A stretch of DNA of 64,000 nucleotides, taken from NCBI GenBank assembly GCA_052168235.1, contig JBQLZK010000003.1:136677-200676 (forward strand), read 5' to 3'. Origin of the DNA: Thainema sp. GTDB lineage: Bacteria > Cyanobacteriota > Cyanobacteriia > Phormidesmidales > Phormidesmidaceae. The notes beneath the pieces were generated by a model. It worked only from the letters and a program-made list of their open reading frames with translations. It was not told the origin of the DNA and ran no database searches. A program made the position numbers and the translations under genes. Shown in pieces: positions 38,333 to 49,429 of this stretch. How positions within the stretch are numbered: the first letter of the stretch is position 1; every line of letters starts with the position of its first letter.

Positions 38333-39841
38333 CTAAGCGTTTAGCTTTTTCGCCAGCATTTCGTTCGTGAGTTTCGGATCAGCTCGTCCGCTGGTGCGCT
38401 TCATGATTTGACCAACAAAAAAGCCGAGCAGCTTCGTTTTACCAGCGCGATACTGTTCAACCTTATCGGCATTTTCAGCCAGCACTGCATCAATCTCAGC
38501 TTCCAGTGCGCCCGTATCCGAAATCTGGGTGAGACCTTTTTTCTCAACCAGCTCTTTCGCAGAACCACCTTTTTCCAATAGCTCTGGCAGAATATCTTTA
38601 GCAATTTTGTTGCTAATTGTACCCGCTTCAATCAGTTCAATCATTTCGGCCAGTACAAGTGGCGTTAGGGCCAATTCAGCAATGTCAATATTATTGGCAT
38701 TGCGATAGGCTGCAATATCGCCCATCACCCAGTTAGCCGCTAGCTTGGGATTTGCCTGAGCTGCGATCGCAGCTTCAAAGTACTCGGCCACAGTCCGATC
38801 ATCGGTCAACACCCGTGCATCATAGGCAGATAGCCCCAGTTCTTCCTCATAGCGGTGCCGCTTTTGGGCGGGCAGTTCCGGTAGCTCAGCCTTCCATTCC
38901 TCAAGCTGTGCGGGCGATACCTCAATTGGCGGCAGATCGGGTTCCGGGAAATAGCGGTAGTCGCTGGAGCCTTCTTTACTCCGCATACTAATTGTGCGCT
39001 GGCTGCCTTCTTCCCACAGACGAGTCTCTTGATAAAGTGGCTCACCGTCTTCAATCGCCTGAATTTGCCGCTCAATCTCGTAATCAATTGCTTTTTGAAT
39101 GGCACTGAAGGAGTTCATATTTTTGATTTCCACCTTTGTGCCAAATTCCTTTTGACCGACCGGACGCACGGAGATATTGACATCGCAGCGCATGGAGCCT
39201 TCCTGCATGTTGCCGTCACTGACGCCGAGATAGCGGACAATCCGCCGCATTTCTTGCGCATACTCAGCCGCTTCCTGACCGGAGCGCATATCCGGTTCAG
39301 ACACAATCTCCATCAGGGGCACACCCGCACGGTTGAAATCAACCAGCGAATAGGTCGAACCCGATAAGCGATCGCTGCCCGCGTGAACCAGCTTACCTGC
39401 GTCTTCTTCCATGTGCAGACGGGTAATCCCAATTGTTTTGGTCAAGGCTTTGCCGTTTTCATCCAGCAGCGGCTTGCCCTTGTCATCGGTATGTTCAATT
39501 TCCAGATAGCCGTGTTCTGCGATCGGCAGATCGTACTGAGAAATTTGGTAGTTTTTGGGTAAATCAGGATAAAAATACTGCTTGCGATCGAACTTGCTGT
39601 AGGGCGCAATCTTGCAGTTCAACGCCAAACCCGTTTTCACGGCGTATTCCAGCACCTTCTGGTTCAGCACGGGCAGCACACCGGGCAACCCCAGACAAAT
39701 GGGGTCAATATGCGTATTCGGCTCTGCTCCAAATTCGGTGGAGCTAGCAGAGAAAATTTTAGTCTCTGTACTCAGTTGAACGTGGGTCTCTAAACCGATT
39801 ACAGCTTCGTACTGAGTCTTTGCAGGAGCAGCAGTTGTCAT
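38333..39841 (-). CDS. gatB: Asp/Glu-tRNA(Asn/Gln) amidotransferase subunit B
   Basis: [59 protein letters not shown]. Confidence 0.98.
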   Translation of the reverse strand: MTTAAPAKTQYEAVIGLETHVQLSTETKIFSASSTEFGAEPNTHIDPICLGLPGVLPVLNQKVLEYAVKTGLALNCKIAPYSKFDRKQYFYPDLPKNYQISQYDLPIAEHGYLEIEHTDDKGKPLLDENGKALTKTIGITRLHMEEDAGKLVHAGSDRLSGSTYSLVDFNRAGVPLMEIVSEPDMRSGQEAAEYAQEMRRIVRYLGVSDGNMQEGSMRCDVNISVRPVGQKEFGTKVEIKNMNSFSAIQKAIDYEIERQIQAIEDGEPLYQETRLWEEGSQRTISMRSKEGSSDYRYFPEPDLPPIEVSPAQLEEWKAELPELPAQKRHRYEEELGLSAYDARVLTDDRTVAEYFEAAIAAQANPKLAANWVMGDIAAYRNANNIDIAELALTPLVLAEMIELIEAGTISNKIAKDILPELLEKGGSAKELVEKKGLTQISDTGALEAEIDAVLAENADKVEQYRAGKTKLLGFFVGQIMKRTSGRADPKLTNEMLAKKLNA

Positions 39842-39992
39842 GAGGCGTACCGAATGCGAACGATATCAATTAACGATAGAAGCTTTACAGGCTTTATTGT
39901 ATCGAAATTCTATCGCCCAACGGTTGCGAATACCGAACGACTCATCCTCAAAAGAGTGAACCGCCACAACTGCGACTGTTCACGCCTTCAAA

Positions 39993-40090
39993 TCAATAGA
40001 CTTTATCGGAAATTGTTTTGTAGGGCGGCGGAGCCGTCCTACAAAACAATTTCCAACCCCGAAAACTTTATTTCCAATAAAATCTAATAT
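39993..40090. mobile_element. ~98-bp MITE-like hairpin element
   Basis: Left end tcaatagacttta is the near-perfect reverse complement of the end of the 4648-4699 copy (taaagtttattga); internal IR ggaaattgttttgtagg..cctacaaaacaatttcc. Confidence 0.65.
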
Positions 40091-42241
40091 CTAACGATGC
40101 TCTTGCCAGAAGAGGCCAGCCGCTTCAGCCTTGAGCGGTTTTGAAAAATAGTAACCCTGAGCCGATTCACAGCGAAGCGCTTTTAGTTGAGCTAACTGCA
40201 TGGCGGTTTCCACACCTTCGGCAATCACGTCCATACCCAAATTCCAAGCCAGAGAGACAATAGTTCTCACCAGCTCCAGCTTTTCACCGTCTACATCAAT
40301 GCTGTTGACAAACGAGCGGTCAATCTTGAGCGTATCAATCGGCAAGCGATACAGGTAGCTGAGGGACGAATAGCCCGTGCCAAAGTCATCAATGGAAACC
40401 TGAATACCTTCTTCCTTGAGTCGATTCAGCATTTTGGCAGTTGTCTCCGGATTACTCATAATCACGCTTTCGGTGATTTCCAGCTTCAGATAGCGGGCTT
40501 CAAGCTGCGTCTCTTTCAGAATGGTGACAATTTGTTCAACTAAGTCCGGCTGAGTGAACTGACGGCTGGATAAATTGACGCTGATCACGACCTTAAAACG
40601 CGGATCGAGAACGGGATGCTGCATCAACCATTGGTGCATCTGCTGGCAGGCTTGGCGGAGTACCCAGTAGCCAATTGGCACGATTAACCCCGTATCTTCG
40701 GCAATGGGAATAAAGTCGCCGGGTGACACAAAGCCTTGTTCAGGATGATGCCAGCGAATGAGAGCCTCAAATCCCGTGGCGCGTTCGGTGGCTAGAGCAA
40801 TAAACGGCTGGTAGTAAACCTCAAATTCCTCTCGCTCAATGGCGCGGCGCAGGTCATTTTCCAGCCGCAGCAGGGTCATGGCTCGCCGATGCATGCTGGT
40901 TTCAAACACTTCGTAGCGCGATCGGCCCAACTGCTTGGCCCGATTCATGGCGATATCGGCATTACGCAGCAAATCGTCCGGCTGTTCGTAAGTGCGATCG
41001 CTAAATACGATGCCGATACTAATGGTGACAATCACCTCGTGGCCTTCCAGTAGGCAGGGCTGCGAAAGCTGGGTCTGTAGCTGCTGTGCTAGCTCAGTCG
41101 CCTCCTGCTCAGACATTAAATTGTCTAGCAAGACTGCAAATTCATCACCACCTAAACGCGCCACGACGGTTCCGGGCTGCACCGTTTCGATGGTTCGCTG
41201 GGCAATCTTGATAATGAGCTGATCCGCAATCACTGGGCCAAGGCTGTCGTTGACCACTTTGAACCGATCGACATCAAAGATTAAGACGGCAAATGGCTGG
41301 GGGTTTGATTTAGCTTGGTTGGCTAAGTTGGTGATGCGATCGCGGAACCAAAGGCGATTGGGCAAACTCGTCAAATCATCATGCAGCGCATCATGCACCA
41401 ACCGCTCCTGGAGCTCTTTTTGCTCGGTGATGTCCGTCTGTAAGCCCACGACTCGATGAACGGTGCCGTCTCCATCGCGAAACGCCAAGCCACGGCTGAG
41501 CATCCAGCGATAAGACCCTTCGGCCAAAATGCGATACTGACAGCGAAAGTAGGGAATTTGTCCGTGCAAATGCTGTTCCAGTGCGGCCTTCAATGCCGCT
41601 CGATCATCGATATGCACATGATCGAGCCAATCCTCAACCGCAACCCAGACTGGATCATGTTGCTCTCCGAGCATGGTGCGCCAGTAGGCCGAAAAGGCAA
41701 TTTTTTGAGAGTCCAAGTGCCAATCCCACAGGCCATCATACGCCCCTAGCGCTTCTAGAATGTGGGCTTCAGTTTGGTCACTGGGCAGAATCGGATAGGA
41801 CTGGGTCGAAGCTTCCGTCTGCTGAGTGTTATTAGTGCGGGCGTTCATTCTTGATTGGCAAACCAAAACCAGACTTGTGGAACCGTCCTGCTTGTGTTCT
41901 AGGGCTTTCTCTAGCGTGCTGCTGTTCTCCGATGTATAAAAGTCCCAGCTCAGGTGAAGCGGTTGAGGACTGTTACCGTCCCAGTAGATATATTGGCCTG
42001 TTCCACTTGTTTTTTCGACTAGCGCGAGTTCAATCGGATGCTTTTCCATCTGATTTGCGCCATCCAAAGCTTGTAACGGAAACAGGGGCACAAAGGGCTG
42101 CTGGAGTAACTGACCCTGTTCCCGATGCACGAGGCGGGCAAAACCCAAGTTGCACCATTGAATAGCCCCCTCAACATCGAGCATGACGACCGCATCGGTC
42201 ACTGTATTCAGCACAAATTCCATCCAGGTGAAAGGTGTCAT
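40091..42241 (-). CDS. PAS-PAS-GGDEF-EAL c-di-GMP enzyme
   Basis: Two PAS domains; HDDLTSLPNR, DVDRFKVVND, ARLGGDEF; FEALIRW, LEITES, IDDFGTGYSSL, AEGVET, QGYYFSKP. Confidence 0.95.
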   Translation of the reverse strand: MTPFTWMEFVLNTVTDAVVMLDVEGAIQWCNLGFARLVHREQGQLLQQPFVPLFPLQALDGANQMEKHPIELALVEKTSGTGQYIYWDGNSPQPLHLSWDFYTSENSSTLEKALEHKQDGSTSLVLVCQSRMNARTNNTQQTEASTQSYPILPSDQTEAHILEALGAYDGLWDWHLDSQKIAFSAYWRTMLGEQHDPVWVAVEDWLDHVHIDDRAALKAALEQHLHGQIPYFRCQYRILAEGSYRWMLSRGLAFRDGDGTVHRVVGLQTDITEQKELQERLVHDALHDDLTSLPNRLWFRDRITNLANQAKSNPQPFAVLIFDVDRFKVVNDSLGPVIADQLIIKIAQRTIETVQPGTVVARLGGDEFAVLLDNLMSEQEATELAQQLQTQLSQPCLLEGHEVIVTISIGIVFSDRTYEQPDDLLRNADIAMNRAKQLGRSRYEVFETSMHRRAMTLLRLENDLRRAIEREEFEVYYQPFIALATERATGFEALIRWHHPEQGFVSPGDFIPIAEDTGLIVPIGYWVLRQACQQMHQWLMQHPVLDPRFKVVISVNLSSRQFTQPDLVEQIVTILKETQLEARYLKLEITESVIMSNPETTAKMLNRLKEEGIQVSIDDFGTGYSSLSYLYRLPIDTLKIDRSFVNSIDVDGEKLELVRTIVSLAWNLGMDVIAEGVETAMQLAQLKALRCESAQGYYFSKPLKAEAAGLFWQEHR

Positions 42242-42569
42242 TCGTCAAAGGAGGCTAACTAAAACTGAGTGAGACCAGAGATAACCGGAAACGGTTTCCA
42301 GTCATGGAGGAATCACTGAGCGCGATTTTGAGATCGCATCAACGTTCTCGCCCGTTGGCGAGCTCATTGACTGGTTAAAGCGTAGTCCAAGTTATTCTGC
42401 TTGAGTTTAGAATGCCCTGAAAACTATCGGAAAATCTCAGAAAGCCAAGATTTAGCAGATTACACGGAGGGATTCGAGAATTGTTGAACTTGCTTCCGAC
42501 CCGGCAGGATGGGTTAATGAGTATGAATTCGATTCCAATAATTCTGTAACCTCAGCAACCTCAGCCAAT

Positions 42570-44168
42570 ATGGCGATCGCAATTGACTTTGGCACCAGCA
42601 ATACCGTTGTTGCTCGCTTAAATCCCGTCACCCGAGCTCCGGAAACCATTGCTATTCCCAACCTGAGCGTATCAGTGGGGAATAATCCACCCATCATTCC
42701 CAGCCTGCTATATGTCAAAGATGCCCAGCAGCAACAGGGCGTTGTCGGCCAGCAGGTGCGGGATCAGGGCTTAGATCTCAGCCAAGATCCACGTTTTTTC
42801 AGTAATTTCAAACGGGGTATTGGCAGCAGCGTTCAAGGCTTTTTGCCCATTCTGGATGACCAGGCCATGACGTTTGAAGAAATTGGTCAGTGGTATCTCC
42901 AGCAGGTTATTCAGCAAATTCCCGCCGACTACACGCCGATTGAGTCCCTGATCCTGACGGTGCCCGTTGACAGTTTTGAAACCTATCGCAACTGGCTGGG
43001 TCAGCTTTGCCAGTCGCTAGACATTAATCAGGTTCGCATCTTGGACGAACCGACGGCAGCAGCGCTTGGATATGGCCTGACGGAACAAAGCACCATTCTA
43101 GTAGTTGACCTGGGTGGCGGCACGCTGGATATGTCCCTGGTGGATTTGGGAGCAGTACAGGGCCAGAATCAGCCACCACTGGGATTTCTGCTCAAATTCG
43201 GTCAACGGCAACTGGCAAAAAATTCTGCCCAAAAAACCAAAACCGCGCGGGTACTGGCTAAAGCGGGACAAAACTTGGGCGGATCGGATATTGATTCCTG
43301 GTTGGCTGACTATTTCGCAGAGACGCAAGGATTAACCGTCAGTCCACTGACGCTGCGCTTAGTCGAGCGACTCAAGATTCAGCTTTCGTCTCAGACCCAG
43401 GCGACCGAGGTTTATTTCAACGATGAGACATTGGACAGCTACGAACTGGAGCTGAGTCGCGATCGCTTCGAGCAAATTTTGAGAGACAACGGCTTTTTTG
43501 AACGACTAGATGAAACCCTAAGCCAAACGCTCCAGCAGGCTCAGCGGCAGGGCTACACGCCAGATGACATTGAAGCTGTGGTGCTGGTCGGCGGCACCTC
43601 TCGCATTCCAGCAGTCCAAACCTGGCTGGAATCTCATTTCAAGCCCGAGAAAATTGCCGCTGACAAACCCTTTGAAGCCGTTGCCCACGGCGCACTACAG
43701 CTACAAACCAATGTTGAGGTCAAGGATTTTCTCTATCACAGCTATGGCATTCGCTACTGGAACCGGCGCAATCAGTGTCATGACTGGCACGCCATTGTCT
43801 CGCGCGGACAACCCTACCCAATGGAAAAGCCTGTTGAACTAGTGTTAGGAGCTTCCACTGATAATCAAGCCAGTATCGAGCTCATCATGGGCGAAATTGG
43901 TGAGCAGGCCAGTCAGCAAGAGGTTTTCTTTGACGGCAGTCGCTTAGTGACCCGTGCGATCGCAGCTACACAAACTCAGGTGCAGCCGCTGAATGATAAA
44001 GAGGGCGCACGTTCGATTGCTCAACTCAATCCACCTGGATTTCCGGGACAGGATCGCATTCGCGTCGAGTTTCGAGTCGATCAGGAGCGATTTCTGCGAA
44101 TCACAGTCGAGGATTTGCTGACCAATGAGTTGCTGCTAACCGATCAGGCCGTGGTGCAGCTCAGCTAG
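42570..44168 (+). CDS. Hsp70-family protein (non-DnaK cyanobacterial type)
   Basis: IAIDFGTSNT, DEPTAAALGY, VVDLGGGTLD, LGGSDID, LVGGTSRIP; lacks the canonical DnaK C-terminal lid. Confidence 0.9.
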   Translation: MAIAIDFGTSNTVVARLNPVTRAPETIAIPNLSVSVGNNPPIIPSLLYVKDAQQQQGVVGQQVRDQGLDLSQDPRFFSNFKRGIGSSVQGFLPILDDQAMTFEEIGQWYLQQVIQQIPADYTPIESLILTVPVDSFETYRNWLGQLCQSLDINQVRILDEPTAAALGYGLTEQSTILVVDLGGGTLDMSLVDLGAVQGQNQPPLGFLLKFGQRQLAKNSAQKTKTARVLAKAGQNLGGSDIDSWLADYFAETQGLTVSPLTLRLVERLKIQLSSQTQATEVYFNDETLDSYELELSRDRFEQILRDNGFFERLDETLSQTLQQAQRQGYTPDDIEAVVLVGGTSRIPAVQTWLESHFKPEKIAADKPFEAVAHGALQLQTNVEVKDFLYHSYGIRYWNRRNQCHDWHAIVSRGQPYPMEKPVELVLGASTDNQASIELIMGEIGEQASQQEVFFDGSRLVTRAIAATQTQVQPLNDKEGARSIAQLNPPGFPGQDRIRVEFRVDQERFLRITVEDLLTNELLLTDQAVVQLS

Positions 44169-44189
44169 AAATCTGTGGAACCGCCCATT

Positions 44190-44217
44190 GTAGGGGCGAA
44201 TGGCCATTCGCCCCTAC
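44190..44217. repeat. REP-like palindrome
   Basis: gtaggggcgaatggccattcgcccctac, a perfect palindrome between convergent genes. Confidence 0.75.
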
Positions 44218-44284
44218 CAAGCATATAAAATTGTGACTTTAAAGTTTTCGTTGGCGACGATAGGGTTTATTTTCCCTTACGCTC

Positions 44285-45577
44285 CTACGGTGTATCGGCA
44301 GGTTGCATCTCCATGCCGCGCTGTCGCAGTTGTTCTAAGGTCATTTGCAGCAGTCGATTTTGATTGAGATCGTTGGGATCAATGGCCTGCTCACAAGTTT
44401 GGAAAGCCGAAATTGCAGGTTGAATCTGATCTTGAAAACCCAAAGCATGAGCGAGAACACAGTGCGCTTCTGGTTGAGTGTCATCAAGTGCGATCGCATC
44501 TTGGGCTAAACTTGCCGCCTCGGCATACTGCTCTTGCCTAATCCGCGCTTGAGCCAAGTGGGTCAGCAACCCATACCTCACGGGAGCCAGTTCATCGGGG
44601 GCAATCTCAATATCGGTGCGCTGCTGAAGTTTGAATAGCGCATTTAAGCCCTGCTCCAAAACCATAACCGCTGTTTCGGCATCGTCTTGGCGCAGAGCGA
44701 CCTTACCCAGTTGATTCATCGCCTGTAGCCACAACACCGGATCGTTGATTTTGGTATCCGGCTGAGCCACCCGCTGGAGCTGAGCCGTTGCTTCTTCGTA
44801 CTGCTGGAGATCGGTATAGACCAAACCGAGTTGAAAATGAGCCGGGGGATAATCAGGCCGAAGTGCGATCGCATGTCGAAATTCTGTGATGGCGCTGTCA
44901 AATTGGCCCTGTTCATACTGCTCAACACCGCGCCAGGTTACGTACTCCGCAATTCGAGGCAGGGCACTATGGACGGCAGCAACGACAACAAACAGCAGAA
45001 CGGCCAACAAGCTGCCCATTTCCTGCCAGTAGTAGGACGGAATTTTCAGCCGCTGGTAAAAGCCATACAGGATTTCTCGGCCTTTTTGGGTCAGCGTTCC
45101 GGCAACGGTCAATCCCGCTAATACAAATTCGGACAGCACGGCCAGTGCGCCCATCGTGCTGATGCCGCTCTTGAAAAAGCGCATCGTCGTATCCATCCAA
45201 ATACTGGCGGCAGCGGTCAGAGCCGCGATGGTAATCGCGTTCCAAAACCAGTCATACTGATTCCACCAGCGCTTTTCAGGTGGCAGTTCCAGATACCACC
45301 ACCAAGCTTCGGTCGGCGGTTGGAGTAGGGTTTGCCACTCGGATAAGTCCAACGTATTGACGACCGTAGGTGTCTGCTGCTTCAGTAATTGATCCAATTC
45401 GTGAATGCGCAGTAAGGCATCGCTGGGGATCTCCTGTTCATCCGTGGCTAAATAGTCCTGAATGCGATCGCGCAGCGTCAGCACATCCAGCACGTCTGAA
45501 GGCTTCGGCTGAGAAACTGTTTTGAGATGCTGTAAGGCTTGTCGATATTCGGTGAGTACTGAGGGCAAGTTTTGCAT
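44285..45577 (-). CDS. Membrane protein with C-terminal TPR repeats
   Basis: N-terminal helical domain ending PPTEAWWWYL; about three TM segments; TPRs (GVEQYEQGQFDSAITEFRHAIALRPDYPPAHFQLG). Confidence 0.85.
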   Translation of the reverse strand: MQNLPSVLTEYRQALQHLKTVSQPKPSDVLDVLTLRDRIQDYLATDEQEIPSDALLRIHELDQLLKQQTPTVVNTLDLSEWQTLLQPPTEAWWWYLELPPEKRWWNQYDWFWNAITIAALTAAASIWMDTTMRFFKSGISTMGALAVLSEFVLAGLTVAGTLTQKGREILYGFYQRLKIPSYYWQEMGSLLAVLLFVVVAAVHSALPRIAEYVTWRGVEQYEQGQFDSAITEFRHAIALRPDYPPAHFQLGLVYTDLQQYEEATAQLQRVAQPDTKINDPVLWLQAMNQLGKVALRQDDAETAVMVLEQGLNALFKLQQRTDIEIAPDELAPVRYGLLTHLAQARIRQEQYAEAASLAQDAIALDDTQPEAHCVLAHALGFQDQIQPAISAFQTCEQAIDPNDLNQNRLLQMTLEQLRQRGMEMQPADTP

Positions 45578-45734
45578 TGAGGTAATTGCTAAACCAGATT
45601 TATCCAGCTAAAAACTGTAGGACATTTTTTCTTTCTAGCGATCTTAAAGCAGGTTATAACGAAACTCACGCCATATTCAGTTATCGCCATATCTATAAAA
45701 TGAGGCACTAAACCAGCAGCCACACGCAACACCC

Positions 45735-45805
45735 CGTCAACCACCCATCTACCACTCTACTCATCCACCCCTTCACCCATCTACTCTCCCACTCCCTTAC
45801 CTGCC
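45735..45805. repeat. Degenerate 8-mer tandem repeats (CCACCCAT-like)
   Basis: ccacccatctaccactctactcatccaccccttcacccatctactctcccactccc. Confidence 0.55.
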
Positions 45806-45903
45806 CCCTCCGACAACACCTAATTCCAACCAAGTCAGCAGGAAAGACAGCCCAAACACACCTGATCCAAGCTATTTTTGTGAAAGTCACAGTTTGAGAA
45901 AGT

Positions 45904-47019
45904 ATGCCGCAAACGTTAGTCATCAAAATTGGCACTTCTAGCCTGACTCGCCCTGAAACCGGGAGTTTGGCTCTATCCACCATTGCGGCACTCGTAGAAA
46001 CTCTGTGCAGCCTGCGTCAAGCTGGGCATAACGTTGTGCTGGTGTCGTCCGGAGCAGTCGGTGTCGGCTGTGGACGGTTGGGACTGGCTGAACGTCCTAA
46101 GCTGATGGCGCTTAAGCAAGCCGTGGCCGCAGTTGGGCAGGGACGGCTGATCCGCGTCTACGATGATTTATTTACATCACTCCAGCAGCCGATTGCTCAG
46201 ATTCTCCTGACCCGTAGCGACTTGGTGCAGCGGAGTTGCTACGTCAACGCCTACCAAACCTTTCGTCAGCTCTTTCAGTTGGGCGTGATCCCAATCGTGA
46301 ATGAAAACGATACGGTGGCGGTGGACGAACTGAAATTTGGCGACAACGACACGCTATCTGCTCTGGTGGCCAGCATGATTGAAGCGGACTGGCTGTTTTT
46401 GCTGACAGATGTAGATCGGCTCTATTCCGCTGATCCCCGCCAAAATCCCGATGCTCAGCCAATTGAAACAGTCGATACCATGCAGCAACTGGCTGAACTG
46501 GAGATTGAAGTGGGCGATCGCGGATCGAACTGGGGCACGGGGGGCATGATTACTAAAATTCAAGCTGCCAGAATTGCCACCAGCGGCGGCGTTCGCACCG
46601 TCATCACCGACGGCAGAACGCCCTATAATTTAATGCAAATTTTAGACGGTAAGCCACTGGGAACGCAGTTTAAGCCCCAGCCTCGACCAATCAACGCCCG
46701 CAAGCGCTGGATTGCCCATCATCTAGTTCCGGCAGGCAAGCTGTATTTGGATGCGGGAGCCGTTAACGCGATTCAGCAATCTGGGAAATCGCTACTGGCC
46801 GCTGGTATTCAAACGGTCGAGGGTACCTTTCAAGTTCAAGACGCGGTGCAATTGTGCGATCGCAACGGCCAAGAAATCGCTCGCGGCATCGTCAATTACA
46901 ACAGCACCGAACTTCAGCAAATTCGGGGTCGCCACTCGGAAGATATTGCTAAAGTCCTGGGCTACAGCGGTGCAGAAACCGTTGTCCACCGTGACAATTT
47001 GGTGCTGATCGACCAGTAA
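45904..47019 (+). CDS. proB: Glutamate 5-kinase with PUA domain
   Basis: [27 protein letters not shown]...[24 protein letters not shown]. Confidence 0.97.
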   Translation: MPQTLVIKIGTSSLTRPETGSLALSTIAALVETLCSLRQAGHNVVLVSSGAVGVGCGRLGLAERPKLMALKQAVAAVGQGRLIRVYDDLFTSLQQPIAQILLTRSDLVQRSCYVNAYQTFRQLFQLGVIPIVNENDTVAVDELKFGDNDTLSALVASMIEADWLFLLTDVDRLYSADPRQNPDAQPIETVDTMQQLAELEIEVGDRGSNWGTGGMITKIQAARIATSGGVRTVITDGRTPYNLMQILDGKPLGTQFKPQPRPINARKRWIAHHLVPAGKLYLDAGAVNAIQQSGKSLLAAGIQTVEGTFQVQDAVQLCDRNGQEIARGIVNYNSTELQQIRGRHSEDIAKVLGYSGAETVVHRDNLVLIDQ

Positions 47020-47031
47020 AATTCACCCTTC

Positions 47032-47068
47032 AATCAAAAGGGGCTGGTAGTGCCAGCCCCTTTTGATT
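47032..47068. terminator. Bidirectional terminator
   Basis: aatcaaaaggggctggta-g-tgccagccccttttgatt. Confidence 0.8.
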
Positions 47069-47113
47069 TGTTTTTGATTCGTTATAAATTTGCGATCGCA
47101 AACTTACTTGAAC

Positions 47114-48130
47114 TTACTTCCAGTTCTTGGCAACGACTTCAGCCAAGTCAACAACCCGCTGGCTGTAGCCCCACTCGTTATCGTACCAGCCAACAACCTT
47201 CACCATGTCGCCATCCATAACCATGGTCAGGCTAGCATCTACAACAGAAGAATAGTTGGTCTTCTTGTAGTCGCTGGAGACCAGTTCCTCTTCGCTGTAG
47301 CCCAGGATGCCCTTCATTGGCCCTTGAGCAGCCTCTTTCAGAACGGCATTTACTTCTTCAGCGATGGTCGGCTTGGAAACCTGAGCCACCAAATCAACAA
47401 CAGATACGTTTGGAGTTGGAACCCGTAGCGCAATACCGTTCAGCTTACCCTTCATTTCAGGGATAACCAGAGCAACGGCCTTGGCCGCACCTGTGCTGGT
47501 AGGAACGATGTTGATCGCAGCAGCCCGGGCCCGACGGATATCACGATGGCTAGCATCCAGTAGACGCTGGTCGCCCGTGTAGCTGTGGGTGGTCGTCATG
47601 GTGCCCTTGATGATGCCGAACTTGTCGTTTAGCACCTTGACGATGGGAGCGAGACAGTTGGTTGTACAGCTCGCATTGCTAATCACGTCATACTTGTCGT
47701 GGCTGTAGTCATTATCGTTGACACCAACCACATAGGTACCCAAGTTTCCTTTACCCGGCGCAGTGATCAGCACCTTCTTGGCACCCGCTTCGATGTGGCG
47801 ACCTGCGCTTTCATCGGTCCGGAAAACACCAGTAGATTCAATGATCAGATCGATTTCCCAGTCTTTCCAAGGCAGGTTGTTGGGGTTGCGATCAGACGTG
47901 CACTTGATGGTTTTGCCATTGACATAAAGGGAATTGTCATCTGCGCTGATGTCAACTCCATCAAGTCGCCCCAGCATAGAGTCATACCGGAGTAAATGGG
48001 CGTTCGTCCGGGGATCAGATGTGTCATTGATGGCTACAATGTCTAGCTGTGTATCATCACCACGAGTCAACCAACAGCGCATGAAATTGCGGCCGATCCG
48101 TCCAAAACCATTAATTGCTACTCTAATCAC
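47114..48130 (-). CDS. gap2: NAD(P)-dependent glyceraldehyde-3-phosphate dehydrogenase (Calvin-cycle type)
   Basis: [45 protein letters not shown] (Gap2/GapA-type S-loop), WYDNEWGYS. Confidence 0.93.
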   Translation of the reverse strand: MIRVAINGFGRIGRNFMRCWLTRGDDTQLDIVAINDTSDPRTNAHLLRYDSMLGRLDGVDISADDNSLYVNGKTIKCTSDRNPNNLPWKDWEIDLIIESTGVFRTDESAGRHIEAGAKKVLITAPGKGNLGTYVVGVNDNDYSHDKYDVISNASCTTNCLAPIVKVLNDKFGIIKGTMTTTHSYTGDQRLLDASHRDIRRARAAAINIVPTSTGAAKAVALVIPEMKGKLNGIALRVPTPNVSVVDLVAQVSKPTIAEEVNAVLKEAAQGPMKGILGYSEEELVSSDYKKTNYSSVVDASLTMVMDGDMVKVVGWYDNEWGYSQRVVDLAEVVAKNWK

Positions 48131-48328
48131 TGCGTCTTAACCCTCTGTAATGCTCAAACAAAATTAATGGACTCAATGACCCTGATCATACACGCTAGTG
48201 AGATCTACTCAAAGCCCTATATCAGAATCCGGATTTGATCTTTGATTAATGACAATTTTTTATGTCTTGCAGCGTACAAAATGTCCGTCCCAGGTTGGAT
48301 ACAAGTTGCGGGACGATACTGTGAGCGA

Positions 48329-49117
48329 CTATGGGCGTGACGAATAAAGCTGGTGCTGCTGAATGTAGCGTTGGACTGCCAGAGGAAGCCACTGGTCAAT
48401 TTGTCCATCTTCAATTTGATTTCTTTGCTGAACTCTGTGACCAGAGGCGTGATGATCGGAGGGATGATCAGGGGATCGTTGCGTTTGATTTTGATATTGT
48501 CTGCGGATCACACTAGACGCTGCGGGGATCGGTCGAAACGAATCGAGATTGAGTAGCTGATAATGGACTCTGCGATCGCAACTCGCAAAATGCGCCACAA
48601 CCTGCCTACACTGTTCCTCTGCCGCCTTACTCGTGCTTTCGGATCGCGGTGCAACGACCCATTGACATTGGCTAACCAACTCTTCGCTGCGGTACCACTT
48701 GGGTAATGTACAAAATGCATCTAAGCCTAAAATCCAGTGCCAACGCCCATTCGGTTGGGCCTGTTGCAGGGCGTTTAGCGTCGAGATCGCAAATGACGGT
48801 GCAGAACTTTCATGATCCTGAGGCCTTTGCCAAACCTGTTGGCGCGGCAAAGGTGCGATCGCGGACTGAATCATATTAATCCGATGCTCTAATGATGTAA
48901 CCTTCGATTTTGCTTTGTGGGGAGGATGGGGATCAGGCACCCACAGCAGCTGATCGAGATCGGCCTGCTGGATAGCTGCGATCGCCAGCGCTAAATGCCC
49001 TTGATGAACCGGATCAAATGTGCCGCCCAAAATACCAACTGCGGCTGAAGAATCGAAATCGACAGTGCTGGATTGGGCTAGCGACAGATTGGGTAGCTGT
49101 GAATCAGAAATAGGCAT
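48329..49117 (-). CDS. nadD: Nicotinate-nucleotide adenylyltransferase
   Basis: GILGGTFDPVHQGHL, PPHK, WILGLDAF..LPKWY, SSVIR, V..YI..HQLY. Confidence 0.93.
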   Translation of the reverse strand: MPISDSQLPNLSLAQSSTVDFDSSAAVGILGGTFDPVHQGHLALAIAAIQQADLDQLLWVPDPHPPHKAKSKVTSLEHRINMIQSAIAPLPRQQVWQRPQDHESSAPSFAISTLNALQQAQPNGRWHWILGLDAFCTLPKWYRSEELVSQCQWVVAPRSESTSKAAEEQCRQVVAHFASCDRRVHYQLLNLDSFRPIPAASSVIRRQYQNQTQRSPDHPSDHHASGHRVQQRNQIEDGQIDQWLPLAVQRYIQQHQLYSSRP

Positions 49118-49429
49118 GAGGCGGCTGTAAATTTTCCCATCGAATATGAAATTAATTGAGTTCAGCGATTACCCTATACGCTAAAGCAATTAGCAAAGTT
49201 GTTGCGACCATTGAATCTGCTCATCCCGCAGCAGTAAATGTTTGCGAATGATTGACAGTTTCCGGATCTCGGAATTATTGTTTGAGCCAATACCGGTTCG
49301 CAATCAGTTCGCATTTTGGCACAGACTACTGTTGAATTTTCCAGCATTCAGTGGGAAAAATGTTGCTTGAAAGCGATTCTTGGTATGATATCGCGTGATA
49401 TTGGTGTGGTGTGGTCGTGAGGAGTTACG

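Noticed and set aside
45879..45891. TGTGA-aag-TCACA upstream of proB as a CRP site
   Set aside because: Spacer is 3 bp, not 6.
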